DNA of 64,000 nucleotides, taken from positions 184,795 through 248,794 of the forward strand of contig NZ_DAMBSX010000004.1 in the NCBI RefSeq assembly GCF_032054305.1, read 5' to 3'. The notes below the pieces were generated by a model. That model searched no databases, had not been told where the DNA came from, and worked only from the letters and a program-made list of their open reading frames with translations. Below, in pieces: positions 49,776-58,064 of this stretch. A program made the translations under genes and the position numbers. Position 1 is the first letter of the stretch; each line of letters begins with the position of its first letter. The DNA is from Epilithonimonas sp. GTDB lineage: Bacteria; Bacteroidota; Bacteroidia; Flavobacteriales; Weeksellaceae.

Positions 49776-50198
49776 CTATTGCACAATATCTCCATTGACG
49801 TGAACTTCATAAGTGATTTCCACATTCGGTTCCAGAGTTTTGGAAACAGAACAATATTTTTCAAACGATAATTCTCCAGCTTTTTTAGCTTTTTTCGGAT
49901 CGATTTCGCCTTCGAGGAAAAATTTCACTTTGATAGATTTGAAAGGTTTTGCTTCATCAACTTGAACTCTTTCTCCTTCAACTTCCGCTTTGAAATCGGT
50001 TATAGTTTGGCGTTGTTTTTTTAGGATTGAAACGATATCAATTCCGCTACAGCCGGCAACTGCCATTAATAAAGATTGCATTGGCGAAACGCCTTTTGCG
50101 CCAGGCAAAGTTGTGTTGTCAAGTAAAATTGAGTTGCCTTGTTCATTGGAACATTCGAACAAAAAATCGTCGTTGATTCTATTGAGTGTGATTTTCAT
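49776..50198 (-). CDS. OsmC/Ohr-family peroxiredoxin-like protein
   Basis: 140 aa with conserved Cys contexts MAVAGCSGIDI and FEKYCSVSKTL. Confidence 0.8.
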   Translation of the reverse strand: MKITLNRINDDFLFECSNEQGNSILLDNTTLPGAKGVSPMQSLLMAVAGCSGIDIVSILKKQRQTITDFKAEVEGERVQVDEAKPFKSIKVKFFLEGEIDPKKAKKAGELSFEKYCSVSKTLEPNVEITYEVHVNGDIVQ

Positions 50199-50230
50199 CT
50201 GTAATATTTATTTTTTATTTGTCAGTTGGA

Positions 50231-50311
50231 GCGCTTAGACGTGTTTCCTTCTAATTAATTTTTCACACAAGCGTTTCATTTTAAGATTTATTATTTATGA
50301 ACACGAAGCGC
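50231..50311. repeat. Inverted repeat GCGCTTAGACGTGTTTC / GAACACGAAGCGC with a ~50-nt spacer
   Basis: Arms at 50231..50247 and 50299..50311, giving 12 bp of pairing with a 3-nt bulge. Confidence 0.5.
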
Positions 50312-50397
50312 ACAAAGTTTTTTTTAATAATTATATGTTTTAAAGTTTACAAAGCCACTTCGTTTAGATAAGGCTTGTATTGAAATTAGATTCAAAT

Positions 50398-51729
50398 TTA
50401 CAAAATTCCACGCGCTTTTATCTCCAGATATTTATTGATAACATCGATGTTGAGATTTTCCGGAAGTGTATAAATACTGTAAATTCCGTATTTTCTGAGT
50501 TCCTGAATAATCAGTTTTTTCTCGAATTCAAATTTTTCAGCAATGATTTCGTCATAGATTTCCTGCATATTTTCGGGATTGGTATTCAGCAATTTGTGAA
50601 CTTCAGAATTCTTGAAAAATATGACTACCAAAAGATGATTTTTGGCGATGCCTCGCAGATATTTCATTTGACGATTAAGTCCGTCCAAAGTTTCAAAATT
50701 GGTGAAAAGTAAAACCAAACTTCTTTGATTCAAATGAAATTTCATATCCTGATAAAGCCTTCCAAAATCACTTTCGAAGAAATCGGTTTGAACGTTGTAC
50801 AAAGCTTCCGAAATCTTTTTCAATTGTCCGGATTTGTTGTCTGATGCGACTTTGTTCTCCGTTTTTTTGGCGAATGTCATCATTCCTGCTCGGTCGCCTT
50901 TCTTCAGAATAATATGAGATAAAGCCATCGTCGCGTTGATGGAATAATCCAGCAAACTCAAACCGTTGAAAGGCATTTTCATCGTTCTGCCTTTGTCGAT
51001 GAGCATTATGATGCGTTGCGATTTTTCATCCTGAAACTGATTGACCATCAATTTGCTGGATTTGGATGTCGCTTTCCAATTGATGCCTCGGATGTCGTCG
51101 CCCTGAACGTAATCTCGGATTTGTTCAAATTCCATCGTGTGCCCCAGCTTTCGGATTTTCTTGATTCCACCAAGCATAAATTCGTTTTGAAGCGCCATCA
51201 ACTCATATTTTCTGAGATGGATGAATGACGGATAACTCGGTAATTTTGCATCTTTTTGAAATGTAAATCGTCTGGAAACCAATCCGATTGGCGAATCAAC
51301 ATAAATATTCAGATTTCCAAAACTGTATTCGCCACGTTCTTTTGGCTCAAGTATATATTCAAAAAAACAATTGTTTCCGCTTTCGATATTTTTCTTAATG
51401 AGGAAATCTCTCTTCTGGAATTGAAAAGGAATTTCGTCAATAATTTTGGTGTTGATATTAAAATTGTAATTATTTCTAATATCGATTTTTACAGAATTTT
51501 CATCGCCATTCGACAGCTTTTCGGGCAAGATTCTTTGCGCGTTGACCCCTTCCTTATTTTGAAATAAAATCAAACCGTCAACCGCCGTCAACAATAAAAC
51601 AAAAATCAACAACGAGTTGGCAATCCACATCATAAAAGAAAAGAAAAATGCCAAAACATAGCAGATTCCGACACCGAAGAGGGCGAAGAAGAATCTGTTA
51701 TTGATATATGTTTGTTTTAATGTTTTCAC
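50398..51729 (-). CDS. DUF58 domain membrane protein (MoxR partner)
   Basis: Two N-terminal TM helices and the DUF58 signature IRDYVQGDDIRGINWKATSKSSKLMVNQF. Confidence 0.8.
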   Translation of the reverse strand: MKTLKQTYINNRFFFALFGVGICYVLAFFFSFMMWIANSLLIFVLLLTAVDGLILFQNKEGVNAQRILPEKLSNGDENSVKIDIRNNYNFNINTKIIDEIPFQFQKRDFLIKKNIESGNNCFFEYILEPKERGEYSFGNLNIYVDSPIGLVSRRFTFQKDAKLPSYPSFIHLRKYELMALQNEFMLGGIKKIRKLGHTMEFEQIRDYVQGDDIRGINWKATSKSSKLMVNQFQDEKSQRIIMLIDKGRTMKMPFNGLSLLDYSINATMALSHIILKKGDRAGMMTFAKKTENKVASDNKSGQLKKISEALYNVQTDFFESDFGRLYQDMKFHLNQRSLVLLFTNFETLDGLNRQMKYLRGIAKNHLLVVIFFKNSEVHKLLNTNPENMQEIYDEIIAEKFEFEKKLIIQELRKYGIYSIYTLPENLNIDVINKYLEIKARGIL

Positions 51730-51759
51730 TTTAATTGATTTCCATTAATTTATAGATTT

Positions 51760-52755
51760 CTACCTTGGAACTTCTATGCTTTCAAGAATTTGTCTGATAA
51801 TTTCATCAGCCGTCAAACCTTCCATTTCACGTTCTGGCGAAACGATAATTCTGTGTCTCAGAGCTGCGTATGATGCTTCTTTGATATCTTCCGGCGTCAC
51901 AAAATCACGACCTCGGATAGCGGAAAAAGCTTTACTCGCAGTCAACAAAGCCAAACTTGCTCTCGGCGAAGCGCCCAAGTATAAAAACTGATTTTGTCTC
52001 GTATTGACAATGATTTTCGCAATATATTCCAAAAGATTTTGCTCAACAATGATGTCTTTTACCAACTGCTGATATTGTTTCAATTGTTGACCGGAAATCA
52101 CCGTTTGAACCAAATCGGTTTTATCTTCTAACTTATTGTTGTGTTGATTTTTAATGATTTCAATTTCCTGTTCCAAATTCGGGTAACCAACCTCGATTTT
52201 AAATAAGAAACGATCAAGTTGCGCTTCCGGCAATCGGTAAGTTCCTTCGTGTTCAATCGGGTTTTGAGTGGCAACCACCAAGAATGGTTCTTCCATTGGA
52301 TATCGCACGCCGTCCATCGTGATTTGCTTTTCTTCCATCACTTCAAACAAAGCCGATTGCGTTTTGGCAGGCGAACGGTTAATCTCATCAATCAAAATAA
52401 AATTCGAAAAAATCGGGCCTTTTTTATATTTGAAATCCGCTTCTTTGACATTGAAAACCGAAGTTCCCAAAATATCAGAAGGCATCAAATCCGGCGTAAA
52501 CTGGATTCGGCTGAAATCAACCGAAATGGTTTTGGCCAATAGTTTTGCAGTAATTGTTTTCGCAACGCCTGGCACGCCTTCTATCAAAACGTGACCGTTT
52601 GACAACAGCGCAACAAGCAAATGTTCAATCATATTTTCCTGACCGACAATTACTTTTGCGATTTCTGCTTTTACGCGTTCGAGATTATTTCGTAAGTCCG
52701 TCATATCCAGTCTGGACTGGAATTCCGGTGCTTGGTCTTGGTATTGTTCTTCCAT
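51760..52755 (-). CDS. MoxR-family AAA+ ATPase
   Basis: Walker A GVPGVAKT, Walker B ILIDEINR, and ATQNPIEHEGTYRLPEAQLDRF. Confidence 0.92.
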   Translation of the reverse strand: MEEQYQDQAPEFQSRLDMTDLRNNLERVKAEIAKVIVGQENMIEHLLVALLSNGHVLIEGVPGVAKTITAKLLAKTISVDFSRIQFTPDLMPSDILGTSVFNVKEADFKYKKGPIFSNFILIDEINRSPAKTQSALFEVMEEKQITMDGVRYPMEEPFLVVATQNPIEHEGTYRLPEAQLDRFLFKIEVGYPNLEQEIEIIKNQHNNKLEDKTDLVQTVISGQQLKQYQQLVKDIIVEQNLLEYIAKIIVNTRQNQFLYLGASPRASLALLTASKAFSAIRGRDFVTPEDIKEASYAALRHRIIVSPEREMEGLTADEIIRQILESIEVPR

Positions 52756-52776
52756 AATTTAATTTTGTAAGCTTAA

Positions 52777-52838
52777 GCTCCGTAGGAGCGGAATGTTTGT
52801 AGTTATTAGTGAGAGTTTCAGCGGAGCTCCGTAGGAGC
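52777..52838. repeat. Two copies of the palindromic motif GCTCCGTAGGAGC inside the MoxR operon spacer
   Basis: Copies at 52777..52789 and 52826..52838. Each is a GCTCC-GTA-GGAGC hairpin. Confidence 0.8.
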
Positions 52839-52849
52839 GACACTTTTCA

Positions 52850-54019
52850 TCATTTCAAAATATCATCCAAAATTCTATTCATCCGTATCAAATCCTCCTT
52901 CATCACACTTGCGTAAGGATCTTGTCCTTTTTTCACGAGTGTAACAGCTTCTTTTATTAGTTCTATATTTTTTCCTGTTTTCAAATGCAATTTATGGATG
53001 AATTGTTCATCCAGACTATGTGTATCAATTAGCAGATCCATTCTTATCTTACTCAAAAAGTATTGTGCTTTTTTCGCCATCATCTCGTGGAAATCGCCTT
53101 CTTGAAGATATAAATTTCCGATACTTCTTATAAATTCTACCGAAGTATTTTTCAAAGGTTCTATTACTGGAACAATTCTTTGCTTTCTTTTGGCATTGAA
53201 AAAGACAAAAATCAATAGTCCTGCAATCAACAAATACCAGGCGGATTTCAACGGCGGATGGCTGATAATGAATCGCATTGGCGACATAGATAAAGATGTA
53301 TCATTTTCTATAAACCACACGGTTTCCCTATTCGGGAGATAAGAAAGTACATTTTCTACATATTTATTCCTAGAATTTAAAATATAATAATTGGTCAAAA
53401 CCAAAGGCTCTGAATGGATATAGAAATGTCCTTTTCCGAAATTGATCTTCACAAAATCCGCACTAAAGGAAGACTTGTTACTTTTAGCTTTATGTAATGT
53501 TTTTCCAAGAATTTCTATATCGTTCCTGATGTAAGAAAAACCTTGATTCTCAGGAAACTTATCAATGAACAACCTGCTATCAGCTAATTTTTCATCTGTG
53601 AGCTGCAAATAATAATTTTTTTCACCACTCACAGTCTTGAATCTAAATCCCAACGTATCTCTCAACTTGGCAGTCGTATCGTTGGTAAACCACATTACAT
53701 CGGAGCCATTCGAAACCTCATTCAAAATATATTGCCAGGAAACATCGTCCAGTTTTTTCTGAATAATCAAGATATTATGTGGTTTCTTCTGATCATTTTT
53801 TTGATAATAAGAATAAGGTGAAACTCCTACTTTTTCCAATTTCCCCCGGAATAAACCAGTTGACTCCTGATTAAAAATATAAAGTCCGAAAGGTGTTTTT
53901 TTATCGACATCAAAGTTCTTTCGCCAATCCAAAGCCGGTTTTCTATTCCCACTAAACATCGCCACCACAATTAATATGATGATAAACACTATAGCGTATA
54001 TTTTGAAAGTTTTGCTCAT
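52850..54019 (-). CDS. Membrane protein, DUF4350-like
   Basis: The track ORF extends to 54124 and would overlap the upstream gene by 80 nt. The ATG at 54019 gives MSKTFKIYAIVFIIILIVVAMF (a TM helix). There is a second TM helix near residue 300. The family name is from memory. Confidence 0.6.
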   Translation of the reverse strand: MSKTFKIYAIVFIIILIVVAMFSGNRKPALDWRKNFDVDKKTPFGLYIFNQESTGLFRGKLEKVGVSPYSYYQKNDQKKPHNILIIQKKLDDVSWQYILNEVSNGSDVMWFTNDTTAKLRDTLGFRFKTVSGEKNYYLQLTDEKLADSRLFIDKFPENQGFSYIRNDIEILGKTLHKAKSNKSSFSADFVKINFGKGHFYIHSEPLVLTNYYILNSRNKYVENVLSYLPNRETVWFIENDTSLSMSPMRFIISHPPLKSAWYLLIAGLLIFVFFNAKRKQRIVPVIEPLKNTSVEFIRSIGNLYLQEGDFHEMMAKKAQYFLSKIRMDLLIDTHSLDEQFIHKLHLKTGKNIELIKEAVTLVKKGQDPYASVMKEDLIRMNRILDDILK

Positions 54020-54044
54020 TGATCTGCAGCAGTGAATTGACTTT

Positions 54045-54842
54045 TTAGAGTTTATGAAAATAAGTTTTATAATACTGATAATCTTTCTCCTCTGTATCAA
54101 ATTCGCCGTACCAGATATAATCATAGATATAAATAATGCGGCTGAAATCCTCTTTCAAATTAATGTTTTTTAGTTCTTTGAGATAATCCCGATTGGTTTT
54201 TTCGGGATTCCAGCTGATGAGATTTCTATCCGATAATTTTTTAAGCGCAAATAGAAAATGATAACGAATTGCCGAACGATAATCTTTTTGTTTTTCAAAT
54301 TTCAGGATTCTCTCAGGGAAATTGATCTCGTGGATATTTTCTTCCAAGTCCTGAACTGTAATTTTAATTTTTCGATTCTTTTTTCCAAATAAGAAATTTC
54401 CTTCTTTCGACATTAGATATCTTATCAATAGATATAGTAAAATTCCAATGACCAAAATACCAATAGTTCTTAAAATAGTAACTGTATAATCAGTCGCTCT
54501 GTTCGGGTCTATGTCTTTGAAAATCTTGGATAATAACTTAGCAATATGCCTTTTGATGATATCCCAAAGAGATTCCTGAGATTTTGAAGTTCCATAATCG
54601 AACTCCCCTCCTTTATATTTATTTTTGAGATTTGGAAAGAAATTTTTCGGATAAAGTGTATTATTTGTAGAATAATTGGACCTGACCAAAGAATCTGTCA
54701 AAACAAACTCTTCTTTAACATGATAACTTGCGGAATCCTCAACAATTTCCATTTGCTGCACAGCATCGTACTGAGAGAAAACAATGTTTCCCTGCAAAGA
54801 AAAAAACAGTAAAAGAAGAATTCTAAATCTCATCTGCTTCAA
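54045..54842 (-). CDS. Membrane protein, DUF4129-like
   Basis: Signal peptide, one central TM helix, and a C-terminal ...TNRDYLKELK...IYIYDYIWYGEF region typical of DUF4129 as I recall it. Confidence 0.6.
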   Translation of the reverse strand: MKQMRFRILLLLFFSLQGNIVFSQYDAVQQMEIVEDSASYHVKEEFVLTDSLVRSNYSTNNTLYPKNFFPNLKNKYKGGEFDYGTSKSQESLWDIIKRHIAKLLSKIFKDIDPNRATDYTVTILRTIGILVIGILLYLLIRYLMSKEGNFLFGKKNRKIKITVQDLEENIHEINFPERILKFEKQKDYRSAIRYHFLFALKKLSDRNLISWNPEKTNRDYLKELKNINLKEDFSRIIYIYDYIWYGEFDTEEKDYQYYKTYFHKL

Positions 54843-54869
54843 ATTAATTCAATCGTATTGCTGATGAGA

Positions 54870-55862
54870 TCATCGATTTTTATATCCTGAGACAAGTACA
54901 TGGTGATTTAGTTTTTTTATAACGATAAATGGATATATAAAATAATAGAAAGCGATCAGAGACAACGTTCCAAAGATGATGATCAGATTCAGGACCAACG
55001 GCATTGTCTGTGCATATCTGGTTACAAAACCTTCTATAATTCCAGCAAATATGGTAAATGGGACTGTACTTAAAAAAATTTTAAAACTCTCCCGGAAGCC
55101 CTGCTTGAAAGATTCTAATCTCGATAAGGTTTTTGGGAACAAAATTGATGCGCCTAAAATCAATCCGGCCATGGCTTCCACCACCATTCCAAAGATCTCA
55201 AAAGCACCATGCAGCCAAATTCCTTTGGCACTTTCCAATAGCACATTCTGTGTTTTGAAAAAAAACTGGAAAGCACCTAGCATGATGCTGTTCTGCATCA
55301 AGGCATACAAAGTCCCCAGTCCTCCCGAAATCCCATAAATGTAAAGTTTTGCTCCAACCACCAGATTATTAACGATGATCATTATGGATGAACTCCAGTT
55401 GGCACCGCTTCCATAGATTGCCGTTGCATCTCCCTTTTTGATATTTTCCAATGTCTGATTTACATAGCCCTCGCCTAAGATCAATGTCGCAAAATCTTTG
55501 TCATAAATAGACGAAATAACACCTATTGCCACAAACAAAATAAAAAAACAAAAAGCATAATACAAATATCTCTGGTATTGATAAACCGTCATCGGAACTT
55601 CTGTTACAAAAAAATGCTTGATTCTGTTTTCTTCTATCCTTTTGGTCTTATAGATTCTCTGAAAAATTTGAGAAGAGAGAAAATTGAGATAAATTGTAGT
55701 TTTACTTTTAGGATAATAAGTCTGTGCAAAAGAGAGATCATTAATAAGATTGATATAAAGAGACGAAAGGTCATCCGGATTTTTTTTCATTTTCCCGCTG
55801 ACAACCTGTTCGATTTCCAACCATTTTTCTTTATTTTGCTTTATAAAAGCCACTTCTCTCAT
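54870..55862 (-). CDS. Stage II sporulation protein M-like (SpoIIM/DUF95) integral membrane protein
   Basis: 330 aa with a cytosolic N-terminal ~95 aa followed by about 6 TM helices. Family name from memory. Confidence 0.65.
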   Translation of the reverse strand: MREVAFIKQNKEKWLEIEQVVSGKMKKNPDDLSSLYINLINDLSFAQTYYPKSKTTIYLNFLSSQIFQRIYKTKRIEENRIKHFFVTEVPMTVYQYQRYLYYAFCFFILFVAIGVISSIYDKDFATLILGEGYVNQTLENIKKGDATAIYGSGANWSSSIMIIVNNLVVGAKLYIYGISGGLGTLYALMQNSIMLGAFQFFFKTQNVLLESAKGIWLHGAFEIFGMVVEAMAGLILGASILFPKTLSRLESFKQGFRESFKIFLSTVPFTIFAGIIEGFVTRYAQTMPLVLNLIIIFGTLSLIAFYYFIYPFIVIKKLNHHVLVSGYKNR

Positions 55863-55882
55863 AGTGCTAAAATAATAAAAAT

Positions 55883-56635
55883 ATGAATCAGATCGCCATC
55901 AATACTTCACAAAATATAAATGTATATTTTACGTTGGCAGGCATTGGAGAAAGGATTGTTGCTTTTTTCCTCGATTTGTTCATCAAAGTATTGTATATCT
56001 TGATTATATTTTGGATTCTGCGCAATGTTTTTGACTTCTCAGACTTTATCCGGGACATGGACGGCTGGTCTGTCGGCGCACTTGTTCTTATGATCACACT
56101 ACCCGTTCATATCTATACTTTGGTTTTGGAGAGCCTCATGGAAGGACAGACATTCGGAAAAAAAATAATGAAAATAAAAGTTGTGAAAATCGATGGCTAT
56201 CAGGCAAGTTTTGGAGATTATCTCATGAGATGGATCTTCCGTTTGGTCGATATTGTTGGCAGTATGGGAATCATCGCATTTATCACTTCAGTAGTATCAA
56301 AAAATCACCAGCGTTTGGGCGATATCGCAACAGGAACAGCCCTTATTTCACTGAAAAACAATGTCAATATTTCCCACACTATTTTGGAACAACTGAAAGA
56401 AGATTATGTTCCGACTTTTCCACAGGTAATTTTATTGACTGATAATGATGTAAGAATCATAAAAGAGAATTTCCAAAAGGCACTGAAAACCGACGACAGA
56501 CAGATCATCAATCGATTAACTGTAAAAATTGTGGAAATTCTGAAATTAGATGCAGATTCCATACAATTTACGCAACGACAATTTATCAACATTGTGATCA
56601 AAGATTATAATTTCTACACAGGTAAGGATTCTTGA
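55883..56635 (+). CDS. RDD-family membrane protein
   Basis: GERIVAFFLDLFI and HQRLGDIATGT (RDD motif residues), with 3 TM helices. Divergent from 54870..55862, with only 20 bp between the start codons. Confidence 0.75.
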   Translation: MNQIAINTSQNINVYFTLAGIGERIVAFFLDLFIKVLYILIIFWILRNVFDFSDFIRDMDGWSVGALVLMITLPVHIYTLVLESLMEGQTFGKKIMKIKVVKIDGYQASFGDYLMRWIFRLVDIVGSMGIIAFITSVVSKNHQRLGDIATGTALISLKNNVNISHTILEQLKEDYVPTFPQVILLTDNDVRIIKENFQKALKTDDRQIINRLTVKIVEILKLDADSIQFTQRQFINIVIKDYNFYTGKDS

Positions 56636-56724
56636 TATTTTCCAATTAAATTGACAAATGCTTTACATTTGATCAGCTACTGTCTATTCTTCTTTTAATT
56701 TCTTTGAGAAAATTATCCCGACCA

Positions 56725-57135
56725 ATGAAAACCATTTTATTAACAATAACTTTACTGCTAAGTTCAACCGCATATTCGCAGACAGAAATTTCCAAAGGCA
56801 TTACAATTCCAGATTCAAAAGCAGAATTCCCTGGCGGACAAGATGCTTTCAAAAATGAGTTTATGAAAATGGTTCATGCTTATGTGGATATTACCGCTTA
56901 CGCTGTAAATGGGAAATTTTCTTTTGTTCTTACAATCGATGAGAAAGGAAAGATGAGCGAGCTGAAGATCTACCCTAAAGTAAGAAACGATGAAGAATTC
57001 AAACAGGATATGAACTTCGCTATGAAACGTATCAAAAAGAAATGGAAGCCTGCAATCAAAAACGGAGTTCCGGTAAGTTCATATATTATTTTCGAGATCA
57101 ATTTCACATCTGACCATTCGGATGAAGAATATTAA
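56725..57135 (+). CDS. Secreted TonB C-terminal-domain-like protein
   Basis: The ATG at 56725 gives the signal peptide MKTILLTITLLLSSTAYSQ (the track TTG is at 56704). AEFPGGQDAFKNEF... and KKKWKPAIKNGVPV are typical of the TonB_C-like fold. Confidence 0.65.
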   Translation: MKTILLTITLLLSSTAYSQTEISKGITIPDSKAEFPGGQDAFKNEFMKMVHAYVDITAYAVNGKFSFVLTIDEKGKMSELKIYPKVRNDEEFKQDMNFAMKRIKKKWKPAIKNGVPVSSYIIFEINFTSDHSDEEY

Positions 57136-57162
57136 TTTTAAAGACTAAAACGTATAACCATA

Positions 57163-57905
57163 ATGAAAACTAAATTATTTTTTGTCTTAATTTTCCTACT
57201 CAAATTTTCTATTGCTAATTCTCAAACCGAGGTTCTACAAAGATATCCCGAAAATCAAATGCCTTATGCTGGTGGTTATATCGGTTATTACAAAGATCTT
57301 CACGATATTGTTGTCGAAAAGAAACTTCAACCTTGTTCAAACAAAAATGAGATCTACCAATTTAGCCTGTTGATTAAGCCTGACTCTTCCATACAATTTA
57401 TCAGAGATCTTAATCCCAAAGTTGTAGAGTCAAATAAATGTGCTTACGATCTTGCCAGAGAAGTAGCTAATAAATATCAGAATGGCTGGAAACCGGCATC
57501 ATTGAATGGTATAGCGCAAAATGCAGTTGCCAGATTTATCATTTTTCCGGACGATTTTTTTAATAATTATAGAGAAGGATATTATCCGCTTTTCAGTGCA
57601 CCTGTTTATAATAATTATGGAAAAGATAACATTGATCGCTTTCGTAAAGAATTGATTGCTAAACTTGATTTAAGAAGATTCAGCTGGAATGACATTTTTA
57701 CGGTAGAAACAGAATTTACAATCACTAAAGACGGAAAACTGGAAGATATAATCCTGACGAAGAAAACAGGGCTTGACGAATTCGATAGAATGATTGTTCT
57801 AACTTTCAAAGGCATGAAGAAAAATGGACGCCCGCTACTATCAATGGACAGCCAATAGATTTTCGATTTAGATTAACACTAAAAGCAATAACAGATCCTG
57901 AATAA
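57163..57905 (+). pseudogene. Secreted two-domain TonB-C-like protein with an apparent frameshift at an A5 tract (57820..57824)
   Basis: The track frame ends ...FKGMKKNGRPLLSMDSQ at 57858. The overlapping frame from 57825 reads WTPATINGQPIDFRFRLTLKAITDPE and stops at 57905. This matches the KKKWKPAIKNGVPV end of the upstream paralog and NGWKPASLNGIAQ in the same protein. Confidence 0.6.
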
Positions 57906-57977
57906 TTATTTCTCTTTTTAAAGTCAATAGAATTAATCTGTTTATATTATTGACTGCCATTCTGTCACAATATTTTG

Positions 57978-57985
57978 TATCTTTG
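57978..57985 (+). promoter_or_regulatory. Candidate -7 promoter box TATCTTTG for miaB
   Basis: TAnnTTTG match 80 nt upstream of the GTG start. Confidence 0.4.
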
Positions 57986-58064
57986 CAAACTTAAACAGTT
58001 CAAAATTTCGGGTTCAGGGTCCTTCAACATTGGATTTCCAATTTGAGCTTTAAATATAAATATA

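Noticed and set aside
54020-54124. An 80-nt overlap between ORFs 52850..54124 and 54045..54842.
   Set aside because: An internal ATG at 54019 yields a normal TM-anchored N-terminus (MSKTFKIYAIVF...) and removes the overlap. The upstream extension is Ile/Lys-rich filler.
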